From: a virus
Lineage: Duplodnaviria; Caudoviricetes
Virus record (IMG/VR): IMGVR_UViG_3300049009_000076
Span: 1 to 37,844 of that record
DNA length: 37,844 nt
Reading direction: 5' to 3' (one strand)
The notes under the pieces were generated by a model. It saw nothing but the letters and a program-made list of their open reading frames with translations. It was not told the DNA's origin and searched no databases. This document shows positions 1 to 7,568 of this stretch, in pieces (within the stretch, counting starts at the first letter, position 1; every line of letters begins with the position of its first letter). The position numbers were made by a program, and so were the translations under genes.

Positions 1-19
1 GTCCATATTGTCCATAAAC
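1..19 (+). repeat. left terminal inverted repeat (19 bp)
   Basis: GTCCATATTGTCCATAAAC is the exact reverse complement of 37826-37844; 7-18 (ATTGTCCATAAA) is also inverted at 49-60. Confidence 0.95.
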
Positions 20-182
20 CCTAAAATAGTCAGGTTGTATATGGTTTTTTTATGGACAATTCGCGCATGATTTTAGTTATCCATGTCAAATCCAAACTAT
101 CCATGCAAAATAAGGGTTTGTCCCTATAGTATTTGCAAGGGAATAATTTACATTCTATTTGTGCGCGCGATATTGCGCCACA

Positions 183-210
183 CAATCAACTACATGAAAG
201 TAAAAACATG
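183..210 (+). repeat. conserved early-gene leader, copy 1
   Basis: CAATCAACTACATGAAAGTAAAAACATG ending in a start codon; near-identical copies at 433-459 and 1267-1294. Confidence 0.9.
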
Positions 211-399
211 ACAACACTCAATAAATACCAGCGCCGCGAAGTGGCCACAATCGAGACAATGCAACACTTCGGCGCGAATTACGTCGCGCGCGCGTTGTCT
301 ATGTTGCACCGCGCCGCGTTAAAAAATAGCCAAAAAGCCGAAATATTGGCACTGGCCGCGCGTTACGGTGTAACGCAAAACCCCGAATTTATTATCTAA
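208..399 (+). CDS. hypothetical early protein (63 aa)
   Basis: ORF 133..399 trimmed to ATG 208, which closes the conserved leader. Confidence 0.75.
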   Translation: MTTLNKYQRREVATIETMQHFGANYVARALSMLHRAALKNSQKAEILALAARYGVTQNPEFII

Positions 400-407
400 A
401 CCAAACC

Positions 408-459
408 GGCCAGCCACGCGCTGGCCACAATTCAATCAACTAATCGAAAGTAAACCATG
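408..459 (+). repeat. stem-loop plus conserved early-gene leader, copy 2
   Basis: hairpin GGCCAGC-cacgc-GCTGGCC (408-426), then CAATCAACTAATCGAAAGTAAACCATG. Confidence 0.85.
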
Positions 460-1212
460 TCAAATAAAATTCTAGGATATATCGCATATGAGGGCGCGTC
501 GCAGATCGACGGCTCGCCGATCGTCGTCATTGTGAATAAAATCAGCAGCGGCAGCGCCAACGCGAAAACCGGCGCGATTGTGCAAACATTTATTATCCGC
601 AGCGACGTTAACCCCGTCGAAGCACTGCAAACCGGCGCCGATGTGGCCATATGCGGCGACTGCGAACACCGGCCAGCGCTGGCCAAAGAAACCGGCGCAG
701 CGCCGTGTTATGTACAGGTAGCAAAATCAGTGCTGGCCGTTTATAACGCATACAAGCGCGGCCGGTATGTAAAAGCCGATCCGGCCACAATTGCAAAAGC
801 CCTACAAGGGAAAATTGTGCGACTGGGCACGTATGGGGATCCATTCGCTGCGCCGGTAGGCATGTGGAATCAAATTATCAGATATGCAGCCGGGCACCGG
901 GGTTATACACATCAGTGGCAGCGCGCCGATTTTGACGCGGCCGCGTGGAGCCCGCTAGTAATGGCCAGCGCCGATACTATCGACCAGGCAGCGCATGCGA
1001 ATTTATTGGGCATGCGGGTTTTCAGAGTGTCGATAGGTGTAGACAAACAAGCCGGTGAGGCAGTATGCCCGGCCAGCGCCGAGGGTTTAAGAAAATCAAC
1101 ATGCGCTAAATGTACATTGTGCGCGGGCACGTCGATTCAAGCACGGGATGTCGTCATAGCAGACCATGCAGCCGGGCATGCGCGCCGGGTTATAACCCTG
1201 GCCGTTATCTAA
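457..1212 (+). CDS. Cys-rich Gp88-like / radical-SAM-like putative Fe-S protein
   Basis: NAKTG, CGDC...C, RLGTYGD, GYTH, ASAD and C-terminal CPA...TCAKCTLC motifs. Confidence 0.6.
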   Translation: MSNKILGYIAYEGASQIDGSPIVVIVNKISSGSANAKTGAIVQTFIIRSDVNPVEALQTGADVAICGDCEHRPALAKETGAAPCYVQVAKSVLAVYNAYKRGRYVKADPATIAKALQGKIVRLGTYGDPFAAPVGMWNQIIRYAAGHRGYTHQWQRADFDAAAWSPLVMASADTIDQAAHANLLGMRVFRVSIGVDKQAGEAVCPASAEGLRKSTCAKCTLCAGTSIQARDVVIADHAAGHARRVITLAVI

Positions 1213-1221
1213 TATTCGACT

Positions 1222-1294
1222 GCATGCGGCCACACCGGCCGCATGCGGGCGCGTATTGCGTCGATTCAATCAACTACATGAAAGTAAAACCATG
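1222..1294 (+). repeat. stem-loop plus conserved early-gene leader, copy 3
   Basis: hairpin GCATGCGGCC-acacc-GGCCGCATGC (1222-1246), then CAATCAACTACATGAAAGTAAAACCATG. Confidence 0.9.
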
Positions 1295-1489
1295 ATGACA
1301 TCACAAAAGCAGATCCGCGCGGCCTTTTGGGCCACGTTTCCTAACTTACCGCGTCGCAAAATTCGCGATTATGCGGGCACCGGTCGCATGCATGTGACAG
1401 ACACGCGCTGCGCGTTTGTCGACTTTGTCGATTATTTGCAAACCAGCGGCCAGATCAGCGAAGCGCTGGCATACCGCGTCACACTTTAA
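1292..1489 (+). CDS. hypothetical early protein (65 aa)
   Basis: ORF 1256..1489 trimmed to ATG 1292 after the leader. Confidence 0.75.
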   Translation: MMTSQKQIRAAFWATFPNLPRRKIRDYAGTGRMHVTDTRCAFVDFVDYLQTSGQISEALAYRVTL

Positions 1490-1500
1490 GGGGTTGCACG

Positions 1501-1743
1501 ATGAAAAAACTAAAATTTAACGTCGGTGACACGGTCGCATTCGCGCGGCACGTGGTGGCGCGCACTGGCCACAATAAGAGCGACGCCGACGCGCGTGGCC
1601 GCGTGGTGGCCGTCGAAGGCGCAGTAGTGGCCGTCGATTTTGCCGGTACATGGATCGCGCACGAAAACGGTAGCACCGTGCGCTGCTTACCGGCTGCTAA
1701 TTTGACGAAAATTATGGCCAATGGGGTGGTGTATGACTATTAA
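1501..1743 (+). CDS. hypothetical protein, possible KOW/SH3-like barrel
   Basis: 80 aa, FNVGDTV motif, AAGGGG upstream. Confidence 0.7.
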   Translation: MKKLKFNVGDTVAFARHVVARTGHNKSDADARGRVVAVEGAVVAVDFAGTWIAHENGSTVRCLPAANLTKIMANGVVYDY

Positions 1744-2017
1744 ACTCATGCAAGCAAAATACAAGGGTACATGCGCGCGCACCGGCGCGCCGATCCGGCC
1801 AGGGGATCCGATTCACTACGACACGGCCACGCGCAGCGCCACGCATGCGGAGCTCGACACGGCCACGCATGCGGAGCCGGAGCCCGAAGAGATATACCTG
1901 GCCCGCGCGCGCGGCCCGTATATATCGCATCTGTGGAATAACGGGGGCCGCGAATACTTTCAAAATAAGCGCGGGCGCTGTATCGACTCGCCGTGCTGTG
2001 GGTGTTGCAATATATGA
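1733..2017 (+). CDS. hypothetical Cys-rich protein
   Basis: AKYKGTC...IRPGD N-terminus, RCIDSPCCGCC C-terminus; overlaps previous stop. Confidence 0.7.
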   Translation: MTIKLMQAKYKGTCARTGAPIRPGDPIHYDTATRSATHAELDTATHAEPEPEEIYLARARGPYISHLWNNGGREYFQNKRGRCIDSPCCGCCNI

Positions 2018-2169
2018 CTTATTACACACACAAGGGCCAGGCGCAAGCGCTGGCTGACGAGCTGGCCATGCAAGATCGCGACGCGTGGAGCTATCAAGTG
2101 CACGGGAGCCCGCGCGGGTTCTACGTGGCAGTATTCGACGACGACGGTTATTTTTTGGGGATCTTATGA
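2014..2169 (+). CDS. hypothetical protein (51 aa)
   Basis: read by hand, MTYYTHKGQ...FDDDGYFLGIL; ATGA overlaps at both ends. Confidence 0.7.
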   Translation: MTYYTHKGQAQALADELAMQDRDAWSYQVHGSPRGFYVAVFDDDGYFLGIL

Positions 2170-2243
2170 CACGCATTGAAAAAATTGTTTATTTGGCCGC
2201 GCTGGCAGTGCTGGCGCTTGATTTATTTATCTGGAGAATCTAA
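2166..2243 (+). CDS. small single-TM peptide (25 aa)
   Basis: MTRIEKIVYLAALAVLALDLFIWRI; ATGA-coupled, fills the gap to the next ATG. Confidence 0.65.
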   Translation: MTRIEKIVYLAALAVLALDLFIWRI

Positions 2244-2245
2244 AC

Positions 2246-2545
2246 ATGAGAAATATCACATTAGGGAAAACCCGCTACACGGTCCGCGATGACCGGATCG
2301 ACATTATGGCCGCGCATGCTAAGTGCACCGGCAAGCATAAGGTTGTCAAGTCTAAGGGCGCAGAGAAGCGGATCTATCCGCAGCACTGGGCCGGTGACTC
2401 GACCGCCGATTATGTGGCTGCATACGAGCGCGTGAACCATGCTAAGCACTTGCTGCCGTGGGACTGGGACCAGCTGCGCGCTGAGCCCTGCATGCTGCCG
2501 GTAGGCGAAGATTCAGCCTGGGAGGTCGATCATGCGGACAATTGA
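2246..2545 (+). CDS. hypothetical protein (99 aa)
   Basis: GGAG upstream; fits the + strand gene string. Confidence 0.7.
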   Translation: MRNITLGKTRYTVRDDRIDIMAAHAKCTGKHKVVKSKGAEKRIYPQHWAGDSTADYVAAYERVNHAKHLLPWDWDQLRAEPCMLPVGEDSAWEVDHADN

Positions 2546-2834
2546 AGATTTTGAAGCACTGGAAGACATGGTCCGCGAGCTGCGCGAAGAGCTCGACGAG
2601 TGCCTTATGGCCGGTATGACACCGGCGCGCGGTATCGGTGAGATTGAATTTATTTTTGACCACCCGAACGGTGACGAGATCGTATGCCACTTGGAATACG
2701 ACGCGGGCGACGAGACGGAGCCGGAGCGCATGACGCTGGTCGGTGCCTATATAGGGGCCACTGACGTGCACGGGCTGCTACCCTTTGCGATCATCGACCA
2801 GATCGAAGCGGAGGCGCTGAATGAGCCTCGCTGA
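2532..2834 (+). CDS. acidic hypothetical protein (100 aa)
   Basis: GGAGGT SD; very Asp/Glu-rich. Confidence 0.75.
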   Translation: MRTIEDFEALEDMVRELREELDECLMAGMTPARGIGEIEFIFDHPNGDEIVCHLEYDAGDETEPERMTLVGAYIGATDVHGLLPFAIIDQIEAEALNEPR

Positions 2835-3042
2835 CTTTTGCGCGCTGCCACGCACAATGGCCGAAATTGAAAATGAGGGTTTTACGCGCGACCAGGTCTA
2901 TGGGGCCGTGAAACGTGGGGAACTGGTCAACCAAAACCGAAAGGATGCCTGGGGGCGCATCAGGCGCGGCGCTGGCCTATTCACGGTGGCCGCACCGGCA
3001 CCGGTTTATGACGCTGCCGCGTTGATGCAATCATGGCGGTGA
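2821..3042 (+). CDS. hypothetical protein, possible winged helix
   Basis: GGAGG SD; T-x-A-E-I...QVY.A...GEL pattern. Confidence 0.65.
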   Translation: MSLADFCALPRTMAEIENEGFTRDQVYGAVKRGELVNQNRKDAWGRIRRGAGLFTVAAPAPVYDAAALMQSWR

Positions 3043-3092
3043 TCTGCGCGGCCATCATTGCCGCTATACTGGCCGTGCTGCTAGGTCTCTAA
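3033..3092 (+). CDS. tiny hydrophobic peptide (19 aa)
   Basis: MAVICAAIIAAILAVLLGL, between previous gene and terminator. Confidence 0.45.
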   Translation: MAVICAAIIAAILAVLLGL

Positions 3093-3112
3093 AGCAGTTG
3101 CCAAAACTTAAC

Positions 3113-3139
3113 AGGGCCCCATGCGGGGCCCTTTTTTTA
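3113..3139 (+). terminator. rho-independent terminator of early block
   Basis: AGGGCCCC-atgc-GGGGCCCT followed by a T run, at a convergent gene boundary. Confidence 0.9.
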
Positions 3140-3167
3140 TGCTGACGCCGTAGGCGGCGGCATTGTC

Positions 3168-5432
3168 TTATCCCTCGACCATATTCCGCAGTTCTGATTT
3201 CGTGGCCTTGGCCAGATCAGGGGCGCAAAAAATATGCTTTTTGGTGTCATGCAGTGACGACTTAAGGCGACCGCAGTCGATCCAATTAGCTTCCTTCAGC
3301 GCGTGGAGCAGCGCGGCCTGTACGATTTTGACACCCCCAGGCGCGTACCCTTGCAAGCGGTCGCACAGGGCGTGGAAGGGCGACGCCACGACGCCACGGG
3401 AGAATTCACCCACGCGGCGGCGCATCTGGTCAACCAAGAACGACTCGGCGGTGCTCATGCCGTGCTCGACCATGATGGCCTTGGCCTCAGTGAGCGGGGG
3501 CGGCGCGGTCGGGTTCCAGTCGGACACGTCCCGCGTGTGCAGGTAATGGGCGACGGCTTCAAAGCCGCCTTGGCGTTGGTAAAAATTCCAAAGCGAAACA
3601 GCCTGAGCCTCGGGTAGCTTAGGCGCAGCGCACCAGATGACAAACCACCGGCGGTCTTCGCTGGGCAGCGAGATGGCCACGCGCTCATTACTGAACGCAA
3701 TTACAAACACGCGGTTCAGGGCGTAGTAAGGGTGCAAGCCCTTGCGGTTGACCATCAGGTATTCGGGGGGCGCGGCAATGATGGGCTTGAGGGTATTCTC
3801 AAGGGCGCGGCGGTCTTTGGCCTCGGCTTGGCGCAGCTCGGCGATCTCCATCACTTCGCATTCGAGCGCGTAGCCCCATTGCGAATTTAGGTCTTCGTTC
3901 TTGACCAGTGAGCAGTTGGCCTTGGCGTTGCCGCCGATAGCCCAGAAGAACGGGGCGAAGAGGGTATCTTTGCCGCTGCCGTGGTTGCCGCCCATCAGGA
4001 TAGCGTGGTTGATCTTATGCGTTGGGAATTGCACTTTATGGGCCAGCGCGTTCAATAGGTGCTCACGCTCAAACCGCTCGGGCACCATGCGCTCGACGTG
4101 CGCCAGCCACGGGGCGACGTCACCAGGCGCGGGCTTAGGGCGGGCATCACGCCAGCGGTTGCCGTAGACCATGCCTTCGCGGGCGACCAGAATGGATTCA
4201 CCGGCGGCGTAAGTGACACCGACCAGCGCCTTAGCGCCCTTGGCTTGGCGTAGCTCATCAAACGACGTACTGGCTTCAATGCGGCGCTTGGTGTTGTGGA
4301 TTGACTTGCAGTCTATGTGCCGGAACAGGGCGTTGAAGGTGTACCGGCTGATTTCGCGGCGGTCTTGCATGTCGAAGAACGCATCATCTACTTGGATGTA
4401 CGCGAACCGCTCAAACCATTCGGCCTTCTCAATGCGGCCAAGCTCTTTGCGCTCGACCTCGGCGATCACCCGCGCGGCTTCGTTGGGGTACTGGACAGTT
4501 GGGGTGAGCTTAGACAGCGCCGAGTCCATCGCCTGCGCCAGCAGTTCTTCGCGAAGGCCAGGCGTATGCGCGGGGCCGTCATTGTCGGCCACCCATTGCA
4601 GGAACATGCGCGAGTCGAAGTCCACGCAGTGCGAATGCAGGCAACAATAGGCGCGGTTGGCGGGCATGTAACGGCCTTCGGGGTTGCCGTCGGTATGCTC
4701 GGCACCATTGGGACAGATCACGCCTGCCCAGCCTTCGCCGTTGGGTCGGGACAGCAGCAGACCCTGCTGGGACAGCCACGCCATCACGTCATCAGCGCCG
4801 TCGTCGGACAAGCGGATCGGGCGCAGGGTCAGCGAGTCGGCTTCAACCGGCACCACGCCCAAGGCATCACATATTTGAGATAACGTGAATTCGCGGTCTG
4901 GGTGGAACTCGACCAGGCGCGACGCGAACAGGTTACGCTCGGGCTTGAGGTTGACCGAACCAGGCAACCGGAAGTTGCGGACGGGGTTGCAAGCACCAGG
5001 GTCGGTGTAGCCTGCGTCTGCGATGGCGCGAATGGCCGCGCTGAACTCGGCTTTGGTCGGTTGGTCAACGAAAGCATAGCCCCACTGGAACGAACCTTCG
5101 GATGTCTCCATGATCCACGTCGGGGCGATGGGCGGGACTTTGGATTTGGTGCCAATGTCGTCCAGCATCATGACAAGGATGTACTCGCAGTTGGCTGCGG
5201 ACGCTGACACGCGGCCATCGGCGAAGCGGTCAACGACGAAGCTGGCGGTGTTGGCGTACCACGCTTGGCCAGCCCTGATGCCTTTGGTAGGCAGGTGCGC
5301 TGGCCATGTGCATTTGACTGCGCCGTCGGCGTGAAGTTGAATCTGGCCGTCTTTTAATTGTGGTTTTTGGTGCACAATAAGTGCAGTCTCGCCGCTTGGG
5401 GCGAGTTTTGTGATAAATTCCAAGAATTCCAA
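3168..5432 (-). CDS. primase-helicase (RepB-like primase, Zn finger, D5/SF3-type NTPase)
   Basis: LDDI, ETSEGSFQW, RLPGSVN primase motifs; CP..EH...CLHSHC; Walker A GNHGSGKD; TTG 5432 has GGAG 7 nt upstream. Confidence 0.88.
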   Translation of the reverse strand: MEFLEFITKLAPSGETALIVHQKPQLKDGQIQLHADGAVKCTWPAHLPTKGIRAGQAWYANTASFVVDRFADGRVSASAANCEYILVMMLDDIGTKSKVPPIAPTWIMETSEGSFQWGYAFVDQPTKAEFSAAIRAIADAGYTDPGACNPVRNFRLPGSVNLKPERNLFASRLVEFHPDREFTLSQICDALGVVPVEADSLTLRPIRLSDDGADDVMAWLSQQGLLLSRPNGEGWAGVICPNGAEHTDGNPEGRYMPANRAYCCLHSHCVDFDSRMFLQWVADNDGPAHTPGLREELLAQAMDSALSKLTPTVQYPNEAARVIAEVERKELGRIEKAEWFERFAYIQVDDAFFDMQDRREISRYTFNALFRHIDCKSIHNTKRRIEASTSFDELRQAKGAKALVGVTYAAGESILVAREGMVYGNRWRDARPKPAPGDVAPWLAHVERMVPERFEREHLLNALAHKVQFPTHKINHAILMGGNHGSGKDTLFAPFFWAIGGNAKANCSLVKNEDLNSQWGYALECEVMEIAELRQAEAKDRRALENTLKPIIAAPPEYLMVNRKGLHPYYALNRVFVIAFSNERVAISLPSEDRRWFVIWCAAPKLPEAQAVSLWNFYQRQGGFEAVAHYLHTRDVSDWNPTAPPPLTEAKAIMVEHGMSTAESFLVDQMRRRVGEFSRGVVASPFHALCDRLQGYAPGGVKIVQAALLHALKEANWIDCGRLKSSLHDTKKHIFCAPDLAKATKSELRNMVEG

Positions 5433-5447
5433 GTTAGTGCTCCAGTT

Positions 5448-5471
5448 AAAGCCCGCCTGCAAGCGGGCTTT
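5448..5471 (-). terminator. GC hairpin (weak terminator or attenuator) between polymerase and primase
   Basis: AAAGCCCGC-6 nt-GCGGGCTTT. Confidence 0.6.
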
Positions 5472-7406
5472 TTATTTGCCGTATCGCGACATAATCCCCA
5501 CCTCTGCGCCAAGGGGCAAACCCTTAGCCCACTCGGGCGGCGTACACATCACCTCTTTAAGCCGCACGGCCATCTCTTCTGGCCGGTCGGTTTCTAACAC
5601 AATTTCGTCATGCACATGCAGCACCACGTCATCAAGCTGGCGCAGCGCGTGACGCAGCAGATCGTTGGCGGTGGCTTGGGTAATATTCTCACACGCCAAC
5701 CCTTTCCAAAGCCTTGCGCGCGGCCACTCAGTCGCGTCTGCTGCCGGTTTCCAAGCGGCCTTGGCGTAGGTTACACCATCGGTTTCGAGTCGTGCGTACG
5801 GGTAACACAAGACTCGACCGGAGGGCAAAGCGTACCAGAGATGCTGGCCGTCAAACAGGTAGGTAACCCGCCCCACGCTGAACTCATGGCCTTTGTTCCG
5901 CATGGCGCGGGTGTAGGCTTCTTCCAAGCTCTGCCAGTACGGCACCGACCACGGGTTTGCCCTGCGCCATGCGTCCACCATGCGCTTGGCATCCGACTCG
6001 GGCAGGTTCACGCCGTAGGCGCGGCCCATCGCGGCAAAGGCACCGATGCCACCGGCAAAGCCACAGGCCAACTCTTGAACCTTACCGATCTGGCGCTGCT
6101 CGCCGTTGACTTCGGTCACGGCCACGCCAAAGGTGGCGGCGGCGTTGACCTTGTACACGTCATCGCCCTTGGCAAAAATGGCCAACTTGCGCTCGCCTGC
6201 GGGGCAGTTGGACAGCCAAGGATTGGCGCGCGCTTCGATGGACGACCAGTCAGCGACGACCAGATGCTTGCCCTTGGCCGGTATCAGTGCGGGCCGGAGC
6301 ATTTCTTTGAGGACATCTGTAACCCGTTCGCCAAAGACAGGAACAATTGCATGGCCTCTGACCATTGCAGTTCTAACGTCTTCGGGCGATTTGGCGCACT
6401 TGCGAGTGAAATTATGAACTTGGGCTCCGTAGCTGGAAGCTCGACCCGTCGCAGATCCTCCAGCAAACACGAAAGCTCCTCGGACTCGGTTGTCCTCGAC
6501 GTCTGCAAGAGATGCAAGGCGGCTAAACTTCGCAACCGAAGACGCCCATAGGTCGTCCGCGCATTGGATGACCTCGGCAACAGCGGGCGGTATCTCATCT
6601 GGGTTCTCCATCGCAAGCAAGTTGGCTCGCACAGTCTTGTCAATCGAATATTTTTTCTCACCGTCTTTGTAGGTTTCCATCAGCTTTAAAGCCTGTGGCC
6701 CCACGCGGTCGATCACCCACTGGCGCATCTTAGGCGACCGGACGCTGGTGATCTCGCCTTCGGTCACCTCGGCCACGATCTGCTCAATCTCGACCAACTC
6801 ATCGCTGGCGAACTTGATGGCGGCGTTGCACAGCGGCACGTCCACCAACACGCCACGGTCGTTGATCCGCTCGTTGACGTGGTAGTCGGCCAGCTCGTCT
6901 GCTGACAGCGGGCGCAACGCCTTGCTGATGGAGCGCATGACCTTAACGTCCTGCTCGCAATACTCAACCATCTCGGCCATGAGCGCAGGGTCTTGCCTGA
7001 AGCTGCCGTCGGCCTGTGGAATTGACAGCAAGCGGATCAGTTGGGCACCTCGGTGGCTTTTCTTCATAGACGCGCCAGCAAAGCGGCCAACGTCTTCCAG
7101 CGAGCCAGGCGCGCAGTTGGCGCGGGCTTGTGTTGCGGTGCAAACAAACTGCTCCAGCTTGAAGTTGATCTGCAAGACATACCAAAAGATCAGGCGCTCA
7201 AACGCTGCGTTGTGGGCGTAAATTTGGCCTTTGTACGCTTTTACTTTCTCAGGAAAGGGTTCGGTAGGTATCCACGTCACCACCTCATCGTCACCAAAGG
7301 CATAGGACATGCACAGCACTTCGGTGCTAGCGTCCTGCGCGTAGTTGTAAACGCCGTGCTTGGGTAAGTCGCACCGGCTGCGGGTTTCAAAGTCAATCCA
7401 AAGCAT
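5472..7406 (-). CDS. polA: family A DNA polymerase with 3'-5' exonuclease
   Basis: ExoI DFET, ExoII HNAAFE, ExoIII YCEQD; motif A DWSSIEAR, motif B RQIGKVQELACGF, motif C VHDE; ATG 7406 with AAAGGA. Confidence 0.95.
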   Translation of the reverse strand: MLWIDFETRSRCDLPKHGVYNYAQDASTEVLCMSYAFGDDEVVTWIPTEPFPEKVKAYKGQIYAHNAAFERLIFWYVLQINFKLEQFVCTATQARANCAPGSLEDVGRFAGASMKKSHRGAQLIRLLSIPQADGSFRQDPALMAEMVEYCEQDVKVMRSISKALRPLSADELADYHVNERINDRGVLVDVPLCNAAIKFASDELVEIEQIVAEVTEGEITSVRSPKMRQWVIDRVGPQALKLMETYKDGEKKYSIDKTVRANLLAMENPDEIPPAVAEVIQCADDLWASSVAKFSRLASLADVEDNRVRGAFVFAGGSATGRASSYGAQVHNFTRKCAKSPEDVRTAMVRGHAIVPVFGERVTDVLKEMLRPALIPAKGKHLVVADWSSIEARANPWLSNCPAGERKLAIFAKGDDVYKVNAAATFGVAVTEVNGEQRQIGKVQELACGFAGGIGAFAAMGRAYGVNLPESDAKRMVDAWRRANPWSVPYWQSLEEAYTRAMRNKGHEFSVGRVTYLFDGQHLWYALPSGRVLCYPYARLETDGVTYAKAAWKPAADATEWPRARLWKGLACENITQATANDLLRHALRQLDDVVLHVHDEIVLETDRPEEMAVRLKEVMCTPPEWAKGLPLGAEVGIMSRYGK

Positions 7407-7451
7407 GTGTGTGTCCTTTCCAATGCCGCCTGTCACGCGGCATCAGGAAGA

Positions 7452-7568
7452 TTACTCTTGCGGTGGCGCAGGCATCTGCGCTTGGGCTTGCATTCGGATT
7501 TTGTCCATCAGCGAAGCCAGCAACGCCATCACAGCGTTGATTTCTTGCACGTCAAGGTCTAATCTCAT
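7452..7568 (-). CDS. hypothetical protein (38 aa)
   Basis: MRLDLDVQEIN...; ATGA overlap with upstream gene, GGAGG upstream. Confidence 0.65.
   Translation of the reverse strand: MRLDLDVQEINAVMALLASLMDKIRMQAQAQMPAPPQE

Noticed and set aside
111-161. Early promoter (TTGCAA at 133) and palindrome AGGGTTTGTCCCT (113-125)
   Set aside because: The hexamer at 17-bp spacing (TATTTG) is a poor -10 and the palindrome is short; a promoter is likely nearby but I cannot place it.
5610-6551. 313-aa + strand ORF and other long antisense ORFs (e.g. 28992..29651, 32770..33447, 36035..36778)
   Set aside because: They shadow well-supported - strand genes, have no motifs, and are expected in GC-rich coding DNA.
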